Origin: Patescibacteria group bacterium
GTDB lineage: Bacteria > Patescibacteriota > Minisyncoccia > Phycocordibacterales > UBA9973
DNA length: 64,000 nucleotides
Assembly (NCBI GenBank): GCA_040390725.1
Contig: JAZJXT010000001.1
Coordinates: 152,586-216,585 of the forward strand
Direction of reading: 5' to 3'
The notes below the pieces were generated by a model. The model worked only from the letters and a program-made list of their open reading frames with translations. It made no database searches and had not been told where the DNA came from. The translations under genes were made by a program, and so were the position numbers. Every line of letters begins with the position of its first letter. Position 1 is the stretch's first letter. Of the stretch, positions 25,775 through 35,276 are shown piece by piece.

Positions 25775-26998
25775 CTATAATTTTAAATTATTCTTGATGC
25801 TTTTTACAGCTTTCTCGATATCTTTTTTATGTCCGAAAGCAGAAAGGCGGATGTAGCCTTCGCCTTGTGAGCCAAAGCCCGAGCCGGGCGTAGACACTAC
25901 GTGTGTTTCATTTAAAAGTTTATCAAAAAATTCCCAAGAGCTCAGAGCATTCGGAGTTTTTACCCAAAGGTATGGAGCATTGTCTCCGCCATAAACTGTG
26001 AAGCCGAGTTCAGTCAGACCTTTTTTGATAATTTTTGCATTGTTCATATAATACGCAATCATTTTTTTGCTTTCTTTTTGTCCTGCGTGGGAGAGTACTG
26101 CAAGTCCGCCTTCTTGGGAAATATTTGACGCACCGTTGAAAGTCGTAGATTTAAAACGATGCCATAAGTTATTTATTTTACCCTTCTCAGTGCCTTCTAT
26201 GGCCAAGTCTTTGGGAACAATAGCCCAGCCTAGGCGCACTCCGGTAAAACCCGCCCATTTCGAAAAACTGCTTATTTCTATCGCGCATTTTTTTGCGCCC
26301 TCTATTTCATAAATACTTTTTGGTAAATTTTTATCAGAAATATATTCAGCATAAGCAGAATCAAAAATAATTACCGATTTATTTTTCAAAGCATAGTTCA
26401 CAAATTTTTTTAATTGTTCTTTTGTCGCCACTGCGCCGGTGGGGTTGTTCGGACTACAAACATAAATCAAATCAGTTTTTTCTTTTGGAGGAGTCGGGAT
26501 AAATCCGTTTTTCTCATTACATTCCATATAAATCAAACCCTCATATTTTCCATTTTTAAATTCTCCCGTCCTTCCTGCCATGACATTACTGTCCACATAG
26601 ACAGGGTAGACAGGGTCCCCGATGGCGACTTTATTGTCCAAGCCGAAAATATTTTGGATGTCTGCAGTGTCGCCTTTGGCACCTTCACTGATGAAAAATT
26701 CATCAATATCTAAATCCACTCCCATTTTTTTATAATAATCTACAAATGCTTTACGTAGGCGTGTATCACCCTGACCTATGCCATATCCTGTATATGTTTT
26801 TTCTTTGGAAAGTTTTTCTACGCCTTTTTTTAATCCCTTTATTATGGTTGGAGTTAGGGGTTCGGTAGTGTCGCCAATTCCTAAGCGCAGTATCTCAATA
26901 TCCGGATTTTTTTTCATAAAGTCTGCTGTGCGTTTTGCTATTTCTATGAAAAGATATCCTGCTTGCAGTTTGTCGTAATTTTTATTTATTGTCGTCAT
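25775..26998 (-). CDS. dapL: LL-diaminopimelate aminotransferase
   Basis: GYLF.EI, LGIGD, DPVYPVYVD, CSPNNPTGA, SFSK.AGFTGVR.G, TPGSGFG..GEGY.RLSAF. Confidence 0.95.
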   Translation of the reverse strand: MTTINKNYDKLQAGYLFIEIAKRTADFMKKNPDIEILRLGIGDTTEPLTPTIIKGLKKGVEKLSKEKTYTGYGIGQGDTRLRKAFVDYYKKMGVDLDIDEFFISEGAKGDTADIQNIFGLDNKVAIGDPVYPVYVDSNVMAGRTGEFKNGKYEGLIYMECNEKNGFIPTPPKEKTDLIYVCSPNNPTGAVATKEQLKKFVNYALKNKSVIIFDSAYAEYISDKNLPKSIYEIEGAKKCAIEISSFSKWAGFTGVRLGWAIVPKDLAIEGTEKGKINNLWHRFKSTTFNGASNISQEGGLAVLSHAGQKESKKMIAYYMNNAKIIKKGLTELGFTVYGGDNAPYLWVKTPNALSSWEFFDKLLNETHVVSTPGSGFGSQGEGYIRLSAFGHKKDIEKAVKSIKNNLKL

Positions 26999-27006
26999 TT
27001 ATTTTT

Positions 27007-27909
27007 TTATATAAGTTTCAAATCTTTCAAAGTTTTTTCCACGACGATTCTGTTTTTATCTTCAATGTTTGTCAAAGGCAATCTGAAATTTTCTTCAATC
27101 ATTCCCATTTTTGCCAAAGCTGTTTTGACTGGGATAGGGTTTGACTCGATAAAGTTTACATTCATTAGTTCTATAATTTTATAATGCAAATCTTTTGCTT
27201 TTGTAAAATCTCCCGCCATTGCAAAGTGTGTCATATCAGAGAATAATTTTGGTATTTCATTGCAAACTACGGAGATGCAACCTTGCCCGCCCAGTGCAAT
27301 CAAAGGTACAGTGAGAGCATCATCACCGGATAAAACCACAAAATCTTTTGGACCGTTTTTATTTACTTCATTTATGATGTCCATTATTTGTATCAACGAG
27401 CCCGAAGCTTCTTTAACAGTGCGTACTTGTGGCACTTCGCGCGCGATGCGCAAAATAGTCATAGGCATAGCATTTGAGCCAGTTCTGCCTGGAACATTGT
27501 AAAGAATAATAGGCATATCTACGGCTTTTGCAATCGCTTTAAAATGTAAAATTAGCCCGTTTATCGTAGGTTTATTATAAAAAGGTGTCACATGCAGTAA
27601 TGCATCTGCTCCGGCCTTTTTTGCAAGTATGGAAAAATTAACCGCCTTTTTTGTGTCATTTGATCCGGCTCCCGCTATGACTGGCACCTTGCCTGCGACT
27701 TCTTTCACAACTGTTTTAATAACTTCTACGTATTCTTGTTCGTTTAGAGTTGCCGCTTCACCAGTAGAACCACAAGCCACTATGCCGTCCACTCCGCCGG
27801 CGAGTTGATAGCGAACTAATTTTTTAAGAGCTGGTAAATCAAGTGCGCCATTTTTTTTAAATGGTGTGATTATCGCTGGTATGGAACCTGTTATTTTTAT
27901 ATTTTTCAT
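27007..27909 (-). CDS. dapA: 4-hydroxy-tetrahydrodipicolinate synthase
   Basis: GSTGE, VTPFYNKP, ILYNVPGRT, VKEASG, SGDD, SNPIPVK. Confidence 0.95.
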   Translation of the reverse strand: MKNIKITGSIPAIITPFKKNGALDLPALKKLVRYQLAGGVDGIVACGSTGEAATLNEQEYVEVIKTVVKEVAGKVPVIAGAGSNDTKKAVNFSILAKKAGADALLHVTPFYNKPTINGLILHFKAIAKAVDMPIILYNVPGRTGSNAMPMTILRIAREVPQVRTVKEASGSLIQIMDIINEVNKNGPKDFVVLSGDDALTVPLIALGGQGCISVVCNEIPKLFSDMTHFAMAGDFTKAKDLHYKIIELMNVNFIESNPIPVKTALAKMGMIEENFRLPLTNIEDKNRIVVEKTLKDLKLI

Positions 27910-27914
27910 ATTTT

Positions 27915-28673
27915 TTATGTTAACTTGTCAAAGATTTCCTCAAAAGAGTAAAAACCTTTTTTATTATTAATAAATTTCGCCGCGACTAGTGCCCCCGTGG
28001 CAAAGCCGGTTCGATTGTGCGCTTGATGTGAAAGTTTTACTGAGTCCGCATCGCTTTCAAATACGACTTCATGAAAACCCGGATTCCTACCACCGCGTAT
28101 TGATGCGAAATGAAGCTCGTCAGAATTTATTTGCCTGTCTAGTTTTTCAACTTGCAGAGATTTTTTGTTAGGGAAGTTTCCTATTATTTCTTCGGCGATT
28201 TTTAATGCCGTTCCAGAAGGGCTGTCTTTTTTTGCTATGTGATGAATCTCTAATCCATAAACATCATAGCCAGAGAATTTTGCAAAAAGTTTTGAAGCGA
28301 AAGCCGTCATTTTGAAAAATATATTTGCGCCGATAGAAAAATTTTTCCCATAAACCAAACCGATTTTATTTTTACTAACTAATTTTTTTACTATATTAGT
28401 ATTGTCATACCAGCCCGTAGTTCCTATAACCATGTTTTTCCCAAGTTTTGAAATTGTCTCGATATTTTTCATTACTTGCTCTGGCGCAGTAAAATCTATA
28501 GCGACGTCTGCTTTTTTAATTCCGGAAATATCTAAATCTTCATTAATAGAATTTTTATAGCTAATGCTGACAACTTCAAGATCACTGGACTCGTCGCAAA
28601 GTCGAGCTATTTCCTTACCCATTTTTCCATAACCTATCAAAGCTATTTTTATTTTTTGTATTTTTTTGCTCAT
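27915..28673 (-). CDS. dapB: 4-hydroxy-tetrahydrodipicolinate reductase
   Basis: GYGKMG, IDFT, VIGTTGW, NFSIG, EIHH..KKDSPSGTA, H.A..R.GFA.GA. Confidence 0.93.
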   Translation of the reverse strand: MSKKIQKIKIALIGYGKMGKEIARLCDESSDLEVVSISYKNSINEDLDISGIKKADVAIDFTAPEQVMKNIETISKLGKNMVIGTTGWYDNTNIVKKLVSKNKIGLVYGKNFSIGANIFFKMTAFASKLFAKFSGYDVYGLEIHHIAKKDSPSGTALKIAEEIIGNFPNKKSLQVEKLDRQINSDELHFASIRGGRNPGFHEVVFESDADSVKLSHQAHNRTGFATGALVAAKFINNKKGFYSFEEIFDKLT

Positions 28674-28775
28674 ATTACTGCTTTATTTAGTACTATATAA
28701 ATATAGCTTACAAAGCAACTAAATACAAATTTTTTGAGTTTTTTAACAAAATGCGGGAGTGATGTAAAAATTGGC

Positions 28776-28812
28776 AAAAAAATACACAGGAGAAACTATG
28801 TTTTCCTGTGTA
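28776..28812 (-). terminator. Intrinsic terminator for the 28817-28999 small ORF
   Basis: TACACAGGA.AAAC/GTTTTCCTGTGTA hairpin preceded on the + strand by an A-tract. Confidence 0.65.
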
Positions 28813-28816
28813 TGCT

Positions 28817-28999
28817 TTAATGAATCCCGGGGTAGGATGGTTTTGTTCCCCGATTTTGACCTAATAGGTCAAGAGGGTCCGGGTCTGGTGGCTCCGGCTG
28901 CTCATCGTCTAAAAGAGGTCTATCCGGAGTATCCGGCACCTCAACCTTTGCTTCAGGTCCATTTGAGGACCCAGATTTATCACTTACTATTTTTCCCAT
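28817..28999 (-). CDS. Small Pro/Asp-rich disordered protein (60 aa)
   Basis: ORF flanked by minus-strand TGATATACT promoter (~29021-29029) and a terminator. Confidence 0.5.
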   Translation of the reverse strand: MGKIVSDKSGSSNGPEAKVEVPDTPDRPLLDDEQPEPPDPDPLDLLGQNRGTKPSYPGIH

Positions 29000-29104
29000 A
29001 AAAATTACTAAATGGACTTTAGTATATCATAAAATATTATAAAATCCACTTTTAAAAATGAATAAATTGTTTTTTTATAAAAGCTTTGTGGTATAATTAT
29101 CGAC

Positions 29105-29455
29105 ATGTCAGAATTTAAAATATTTCAAGTTGAACGTCCGTGGGGGAATTTCCGGCAATATAATCACAATAGCCCTTGTACGGTAAAAATAATCACAGTT
29201 AAGCCGAATGAAATCTTGAGTTTGCAAAGCCATCAAAAGCGTGCGGAATTTTGGCATGTGCTTTCAGGGGACGGTACGATTCAAATAAATGAAAATAAAT
29301 ACGAGGTTAAAGACGGCGACGAGTATCATATTCCAATAGGCGCAAAACACAGAATGTCTGGGGGTTCTTCCGGTCTTGAAATTTTAGAAATTTCCACTGG
29401 TGATTTTGATGAAGCAGATGTAGTTCGTTATGAAGATAAATATGGCAGGTCTTAA
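29105..29455 (+). CDS. Mannose-6-phosphate isomerase type II, stand-alone cupin
   Basis: RPWG, VKII.VKP...LSLQ.H..R.EFW.V, IP.GAKHR, EIS.G...E.DVVRYED.YGR. Confidence 0.85.
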   Translation: MSEFKIFQVERPWGNFRQYNHNSPCTVKIITVKPNEILSLQSHQKRAEFWHVLSGDGTIQINENKYEVKDGDEYHIPIGAKHRMSGGSSGLEILEISTGDFDEADVVRYEDKYGRS

Positions 29456-29459
29456 ATTT

Positions 29460-30617
29460 ATGGCAAAAACTTCCGTAAAAAAAGTAACTAAAAAAGTTGT
29501 AAAAAAAGTTGCACAAACTAAGATAAAAACTCGTGCCAAAAAGATTGTTAGAAAATTAATTAAAAAAACAACAAATAAAAAACCTGTAAAAAAAGTTGTA
29601 AAAAAACCATCTCCAGTAAAACTCGAAAGAGCAAAACATAATCCTATAATAAAACCGCGAATGTATTCATGGGAATCAAAAGCTACGTTTAATCCCACGG
29701 CATTTTTGGACGGCAGTGATGTGCATATTGTCTACAGGGCAATAGGGGAGAGTGACTCTTCGGTATTGGGGTATGCTCTTTCTCATGATGGCTACCATAT
29801 CCTCGAGAGACCAACTTATTTTATTTATAAACGTTTTTCGGATCTTTCTCCAGTGGGCGAGCCGATTGATTATATTTCTGGCGGAGGATGGAGTGGAGGC
29901 TGTGAAGATCCACGCATTACTAGGATAGGTGATATGGTATACATGCTTTATACTGCTTTTGATGGGTGGGGTTCGGTACGTATTGCTTTTACTTCGATGC
30001 CTCTTGAAAATTTTAAGAAAAAGAAATGGCATTGGAAAAAACCGGTTTTTATTTCTCCACCGGGGAAGGTACAGAAAAATTGGGTTTTATTTCCAGAAAA
30101 AATAAATGGGAAATACGCAATATTGCATAGCATGTCGCCTAGAGTTATGATTGCTTATTTTGATAGCTTGGATGAATTGAATGGTAAAAAATTTATAGAA
30201 AGTTTTCGAAAAGTAGATCCGGAATGGCAAAATTCTTGGGATACATGGGTACGAGGTATCGGTCCTGCACCTATTAAAACAAAACTCGGCTGGCTCTTGC
30301 TTTATCACGCAATGGACAAAAATGATCCTGACAGATACAAGCTCGGTGCGATAATCACGGACATAAAAGATCCGACAAGAATTTTATATCATTCCGATAA
30401 TCCTATCTTGGAGCCGGATGAGCATTATGAGAATCATGGACATGCGCATGGAGTTGTTTATTGTTGCGGAGCAATAGTAAAAGATAAAAAACTTTTTGTG
30501 TATTATGGCGGAGCGGATAAGTATACATGCGTAGCATCTGTGTCGCTCGAAGAACTTTTAGAAGATTTGCAAACTGGAAAAGTTGCGAAGTTAAATAAAT
30601 TAAAAAAGAAAAAATAA
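29460..30617 (+). CDS. GH130-family mannoside phosphorylase/glycosidase with Lys-rich N-terminal tail
   Basis: NPII.P, FNP.A, GCEDPRI, YTAFDG, KNWVLFPEKINGKY, YYGGAD. Confidence 0.85.
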   Translation: MAKTSVKKVTKKVVKKVAQTKIKTRAKKIVRKLIKKTTNKKPVKKVVKKPSPVKLERAKHNPIIKPRMYSWESKATFNPTAFLDGSDVHIVYRAIGESDSSVLGYALSHDGYHILERPTYFIYKRFSDLSPVGEPIDYISGGGWSGGCEDPRITRIGDMVYMLYTAFDGWGSVRIAFTSMPLENFKKKKWHWKKPVFISPPGKVQKNWVLFPEKINGKYAILHSMSPRVMIAYFDSLDELNGKKFIESFRKVDPEWQNSWDTWVRGIGPAPIKTKLGWLLLYHAMDKNDPDRYKLGAIITDIKDPTRILYHSDNPILEPDEHYENHGHAHGVVYCCGAIVKDKKLFVYYGGADKYTCVASVSLEELLEDLQTGKVAKLNKLKKKK

Positions 30618-30618
30618 T

Positions 30619-32547
30619 ATGTACGTAGTAAAAAGATTAGAAGAAAATCCGATTTTAGCGCCAAATGGAGACCGGTATTGGGAAGCATTTGCTACTTTTA
30701 ATCTTTGCCCTGTAAGGCATGGTAAATATATTTATGGATTGTTTAGAGCCATTTCCGCTGTGGATACGTTGCAGACTCCTCGTCAGATGTCTGTTATTGG
30801 AATAGGGAAAAGTAAAGACGGCGTGCATTTTGAAGATAGAGTGCCATTTATAATTCCGGAAGAAGAATGGGAACAATTCGGTTGCGAAGACCCAAGAGTT
30901 ACTTTTTTTGAGGGAACTTTCTACACTTTTTACACAGCACTTTCAAAATATCCTTTTGGCGCTGAAGGCATCAAGGTGGCTGTCGCTCTTTCTCGAGACT
31001 TAAAAACAGTTTATGAAAAGCATTTCGTTACACCCTTTAATGCCAAAGCCATGACTCTTTTTCCGGAGAGGGTAAATGGTAAAGTCACAGTTATTTTTTC
31101 TGCCCATACTGATTCTCCTCCTGCAAAAATGGTAATAGCGCAAGTAAATAAAATTGAAGAGTTATGGGACAATAAATTTTGGGAAAAGTGGGAAGAAAAA
31201 ATTGACGAGCATACAATTGATCCTCGCAGAAATGAATATGACCACGTAGAAGTCGGAGCTACTCCAATAAAAACAAAGCATGGTTGGCTTTTAATTTATT
31301 CGCATATTCAAAATTATTTTCGTTCACCGGAAAATCTCGATAGAATTTTTGGCGTCTCAGCTTTGTTGCTTGATTTGAATGATCCTAAGAAAATAATCGG
31401 TCGCACTCGCGGGCCATTACTAGTACCACAGGAGACATATGAGCTTTCCGGAGATATTCCCGATGTTATTTTTCCAAGCGGAACATTGATAGAAAAGGAT
31501 ACCCTTACTATATACTACGGCGCCGCGGACACTACGGTGTGTTCGGCGCGAGTTAATCTGACAGACTTGATTTCCAGCATGAGCTTGGAGCATTCTGATA
31601 AATGGCATTTTTTGCGAGCGAAAGAAAATCCGATTATAATTCCAAAAATAGAACATTCGTGGGAAGCGCAGGGGACTCTGAATCCGGCGGCAATTTTACT
31701 GAAAGGCAAAACTCATATTTTATATAGAGCTTTTTCTTCGGACAATACTTCGAATATCGGGTATGCAGTATCTGATGATGGTATAAATATCACAGAAAGA
31801 TTAGCGGAGCCAATATACGTACCACGTGAGGATTTTGAAAGTAAAAAAATAAATAATGGATATTCTGGTTGTGAAGATCCTCGTCTGACGAAAATCGGTA
31901 AAAATATTTATATGTGTTACACGGCATTTGATAGCGTGGGGCCTCCACGTGTGGCGATAACATCTATTACCGAGAAAGACTTTTTGGCGCGCAACTGGAA
32001 ATGGGAAAAACCATTTTTAATTACACCGGAAGGTTTTGATGACAAAGACACATGTCTTTTCCCTGATAAATTTAAGCAAGGTTATTTTATTTTACATCGT
32101 GTGGGTGATGAAATTTGTGGAGATTATTTAAAGTCTCTTGATTTTAAGAGTGAAATTATTAGAAAATGTATTCATGTTTTAGGCCCGAGACGGAATGCTT
32201 GGGATAGCGCCAAAGTCGGTATTACTGCTCCACCCATAAAAACAAAATACGGCTGGCTTTTATTGTATCACGGTGTTTCAAAAAGCCACGGTACATATCG
32301 TGTAGGGGCGGTATTGCTCGATTTGAAAGATCCGGCGATAGTTTTATCACGTAGCACTGATCCTATTTTTGAGCCGGAAATGGAATATGAAAAAGTTGGT
32401 TTTGTGAAAAATGTTGTTTTTCCTTGTGGAATGACCGAAAAAAATGGGATTTTGTATATATATTATGGTGGGGCTGATAAGGTAGTGGGTGTAGCTACTA
32501 TGGATCTCAATATTATCTTAAAAGCCTTGTTAAATGGGATTAAATAG
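30619..32547 (+). CDS. Tandem double-domain GH130 protein
   Basis: Two copies of ENPI..P / GCEDPR / YTA / YYG.AD. Confidence 0.85.
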   Translation: MYVVKRLEENPILAPNGDRYWEAFATFNLCPVRHGKYIYGLFRAISAVDTLQTPRQMSVIGIGKSKDGVHFEDRVPFIIPEEEWEQFGCEDPRVTFFEGTFYTFYTALSKYPFGAEGIKVAVALSRDLKTVYEKHFVTPFNAKAMTLFPERVNGKVTVIFSAHTDSPPAKMVIAQVNKIEELWDNKFWEKWEEKIDEHTIDPRRNEYDHVEVGATPIKTKHGWLLIYSHIQNYFRSPENLDRIFGVSALLLDLNDPKKIIGRTRGPLLVPQETYELSGDIPDVIFPSGTLIEKDTLTIYYGAADTTVCSARVNLTDLISSMSLEHSDKWHFLRAKENPIIIPKIEHSWEAQGTLNPAAILLKGKTHILYRAFSSDNTSNIGYAVSDDGINITERLAEPIYVPREDFESKKINNGYSGCEDPRLTKIGKNIYMCYTAFDSVGPPRVAITSITEKDFLARNWKWEKPFLITPEGFDDKDTCLFPDKFKQGYFILHRVGDEICGDYLKSLDFKSEIIRKCIHVLGPRRNAWDSAKVGITAPPIKTKYGWLLLYHGVSKSHGTYRVGAVLLDLKDPAIVLSRSTDPIFEPEMEYEKVGFVKNVVFPCGMTEKNGILYIYYGGADKVVGVATMDLNIILKALLNGIK

Positions 32548-32566
32548 TAGATTCGGGCAAAAAAGC

Positions 32567-32595
32567 TTGCTTTTTTATTTGGAGTATGCTATACT
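32567..32595 (+). promoter_or_regulatory. sigma70 promoter with no downstream ORF
   Basis: TTGCTT-17 nt-TATACT with extended TG. Confidence 0.65.
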
Positions 32596-32601
32596 TTCTT
32601 T

Positions 32602-32674
32602 GTGAGTGTGAGGTTTGTCTCACATTAATCGTAACAACATAAGTGCCGCAAAAAACGCCGAAAGGCGTTTTTTG
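32602..32674 (+). ncRNA. Candidate ~70-nt small RNA
   Basis: Between promoter and terminator; 5' hairpin TGTGAGG-TTTG-TCTCACA; no ORF. Confidence 0.45.
32649..32674. terminator. Bidirectional intrinsic terminator
   Basis: CAAAAAACGCC-GAAA-GGCGTTTTTTG. Confidence 0.8.
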
Positions 32675-32676
32675 TT

Positions 32677-33930
32677 TTAGTTTTTACTTACCCAGCTTCC
32701 TGCCACATATCCGGTAGTCCAGCAGAGTTGCAAGCTGTATCCGCCCGTGGGCCTATCTATATTTAAAATATCACCAACGAAATAAAGGTTTGGATAAATT
32801 TTCGAATGCATAGTTTTAAAATCAACTTCATCTAGCGACACTCCACCGCTCGTGATGATGGCTTTTTCTACTCCCAAAAGTTTGTCCACTTGCATACGCA
32901 AATCTTTCAATAAATGCGTAAGCTTTTTTCTTTCTTCTTTTGTGACACTATTGCAGTTTTTCTCCGGGTCTATTTTTGAAAGTTCCACGATGACCGGCGC
33001 CATGGCGGACGGCACCAATTCTTTTAAAGAATTTTTAAATTTCTTTTTGTCGTTTACTTTAAATATTTCTTGCAGTTTTTTATCTATCATTCCGTGGTCT
33101 TGTTTGGGCAACAAATCGAGCGATATATTTACATCGCCATATTTCAAAAGCTCGCCTATGTCTTTGCTCATATTTAAAATTGTCGGACCACTCACGCCCA
33201 CGTGCGTGAAAAGCATTTTGCCTATTTTCATATCTTGCTTTTTGTCATTTTGAAAAACTGTGATTTTAATATCAGAGAGGCTCACCCCTGCGAGCTTTTT
33301 TATCCAAGTATCCTTGATGACGAGTGGCACGAGCGATGGCGCGGGAATAATAATTTTATGCCCGATGTCTTTCAGCCATTTATATGCATCACCGGTCGAG
33401 CCTGTCTCCGGGCGAGATGTGCCTCCCGTAGCTATCACAATATTTTTTCCATATACCACTTTGTTTTTTGTTTTTACTCCGACAATTTTTCCATCTTCAC
33501 GAATAATTTCTGTGACAGGGGAATCAGACAAAACACTCACTTTATTTTTCTTCATATTTTCTACCAGCACATCCCATACGCTTTGCGCTGAGTTTGAAAC
33601 AGGGAATGTCCGCAATTCATTCTCCACTTTTGTGTTCATTCCTTTCATATGAAAAAATTCCAAAGTTTCCTTCACTGCCCATTGCGAAAAACTGGAAAAG
33701 AGGAATTTCCCATTATCTTTGAATTTTAGTAAAAGCTTACGAGTATCAAATTCCGAATTCGTCACATTGCACCTGCCTCCGCCGGTGATGAGCAATTTCT
33801 TGCCGAGCGTTTTGTTTTTCTCAATTACTAAAACTTTCGCGTCATTTTCCCCAGCCGTGCCCGCGCACATCATACCCGCAGCCCCTCCACCGACTATTAT
33901 CACATCCCAGATTATTTCCTTATTTAACAT
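32677..33930 (-). CDS. HI0933/BaiN/YhiN-family NAD(P)/FAD oxidoreductase
   Basis: GGGAAGM, GKKLLITGGGRCNVTN, ATGG.S.P.TGSTGD, FTH.G.SGP, TGGYSLQ.CWTTG. Confidence 0.92.
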   Translation of the reverse strand: MLNKEIIWDVIIVGGGAAGMMCAGTAGENDAKVLVIEKNKTLGKKLLITGGGRCNVTNSEFDTRKLLLKFKDNGKFLFSSFSQWAVKETLEFFHMKGMNTKVENELRTFPVSNSAQSVWDVLVENMKKNKVSVLSDSPVTEIIREDGKIVGVKTKNKVVYGKNIVIATGGTSRPETGSTGDAYKWLKDIGHKIIIPAPSLVPLVIKDTWIKKLAGVSLSDIKITVFQNDKKQDMKIGKMLFTHVGVSGPTILNMSKDIGELLKYGDVNISLDLLPKQDHGMIDKKLQEIFKVNDKKKFKNSLKELVPSAMAPVIVELSKIDPEKNCNSVTKEERKKLTHLLKDLRMQVDKLLGVEKAIITSGGVSLDEVDFKTMHSKIYPNLYFVGDILNIDRPTGGYSLQLCWTTGYVAGSWVSKN

Positions 33931-33976
33931 AATATTATCTTAACAGAAAATGACATTTTTGGTTAGGATTTGTATA

Positions 33977-34049
33977 AAAAACGTAAATATTAGTCATTTT
34001 AACCCTCAATTTACGTTTTTCTTGACAAAAATTATAAATCGACTATAAT
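33977..34049 (+). promoter_or_regulatory. Inverted repeat plus promoter of the Fic gene
   Basis: AAAAACGTAAAT-20 nt-ATTTACGTTTTT abutting TTGACA-16 nt-TATAAT. Confidence 0.6.
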
Positions 34050-34063
34050 ATAGATGTATATTT

Positions 34064-34954
34064 ATGAATAAAGTAAATAAAAAAGTTCAAAATTTAATAG
34101 ACTTGAAAAAGACTTTTGATTCTCTTAAAAAGGGTAAGGAGTCTCTTTTGGCTGTTTTAGGTGAAGTGGAGCTTGCTGAGTCGGTTTATAACTCAAATGC
34201 TATTGAGAATAGTACTTTAACTCTTCCTGATACAGAAAAAATACTTCTGGATTTAGAAGTTTCAAAAGATTATTCACTTCGCGAAGTTTTTGAGGCAAAG
34301 AATTTAGCTCGCGTATATGAATATGTAAAAAATAAAAAAGATAATATTGTCTTAAATCAAGACACGCTTCTTTTTATCCACGGTTTACTTATTGGTGGTA
34401 TTGATGATTCTATCGCCGGCAGATTCAGAAAAGCTCATGAATTTGTGAGAGTGGGTAAACATATCGCGCCTGCTCCGGAGCATATCATGCGCATGATAGA
34501 AGTTTTAATAAATGAATATAAAACAAATCATGATTTAAATATTTTTAAAAAAATAGCGTATTTTCATTTACAATTTGAAACAATTCACCCGTTTTGTGAC
34601 GGCAATGGACGTATTGGTCGCGTTCTTATAAACTTACAGCTTCAAGAGTTCGGTTATCCGAATATAATTATTCGTGACAAAGAAAAGAAAATTTATTATA
34701 AAACCTTTTCACAATTTAGAGATGAAAAATCCACGAAGCAAATGGAGCAAGTAATATATTTATCTCTTTCAGAAAGTTTAAATAAAAGAATTGCATATTT
34801 ACAAGGAAAAGAAATTATAACTTTAGCCGAGTATTCAAAAGATAAATCTTTATCTTTGGCTGGACTTATAAACTCCGGCAGGCGTCAGACTATTCCTGCA
34901 TTTCGTGAAAAAGGTGTTTGGAAAATCAGCAATAGCTATGTCGTGGAAAAATAA
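34064..34954 (+). CDS. Fic-domain protein with C-terminal HTH-like segment
   Basis: HPFCDGNGRIGR Fic motif; SNAIEN inhibitory motif; C-terminal 'ITLAEYS...IPAFREKGVWKI'. Confidence 0.92.
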   Translation: MNKVNKKVQNLIDLKKTFDSLKKGKESLLAVLGEVELAESVYNSNAIENSTLTLPDTEKILLDLEVSKDYSLREVFEAKNLARVYEYVKNKKDNIVLNQDTLLFIHGLLIGGIDDSIAGRFRKAHEFVRVGKHIAPAPEHIMRMIEVLINEYKTNHDLNIFKKIAYFHLQFETIHPFCDGNGRIGRVLINLQLQEFGYPNIIIRDKEKKIYYKTFSQFRDEKSTKQMEQVIYLSLSESLNKRIAYLQGKEIITLAEYSKDKSLSLAGLINSGRRQTIPAFREKGVWKISNSYVVEK

Positions 34955-35239
34955 ATGAGCTACTACGCAGATAAAGGGAATAAATATCCGCAAAATCCTG
35001 AATTAGTTTTGGACTTTCACGGCTACACGACGATGGAGTGCAAAGAAGAACTCGATGAGCTTATTGGAAATAGTGAATACTCGCATATCCGCATCATCGT
35101 AGGCAAAGGGCAAAATAGCGCAAACGGACCCATCCTCCCAGACTTTGTCCGCAATTATCTCACAACCCGCAACATCCGCTTTAATCAATCCAAAATTCAA
35201 GCCGGCGGCGCAGGTGCCTTGGAGGTGTTTTTGGATTAG
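34955..35239 (+). CDS. Stand-alone Smr domain protein
   Basis: LDFHG, IIVGKG.NS, GGAGALEV. Confidence 0.85.
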   Translation: MSYYADKGNKYPQNPELVLDFHGYTTMECKEELDELIGNSEYSHIRIIVGKGQNSANGPILPDFVRNYLTTRNIRFNQSKIQAGGAGALEVFLD

Positions 35240-35276
35240 AATTTTTTTAAAAAATGATGTAGAATCTATAAGTTAT

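Noticed and set aside
28771-29001. Plus-strand 76-aa ORF
   Set aside because: TTG start with no promoter support; the opposite-strand ORF has both promoter and terminator
35145-35276. N-terminal extension of the RM ORF given in the track
   Set aside because: It overlaps the Smr gene; the family-like start is MISLNEIK at 35277
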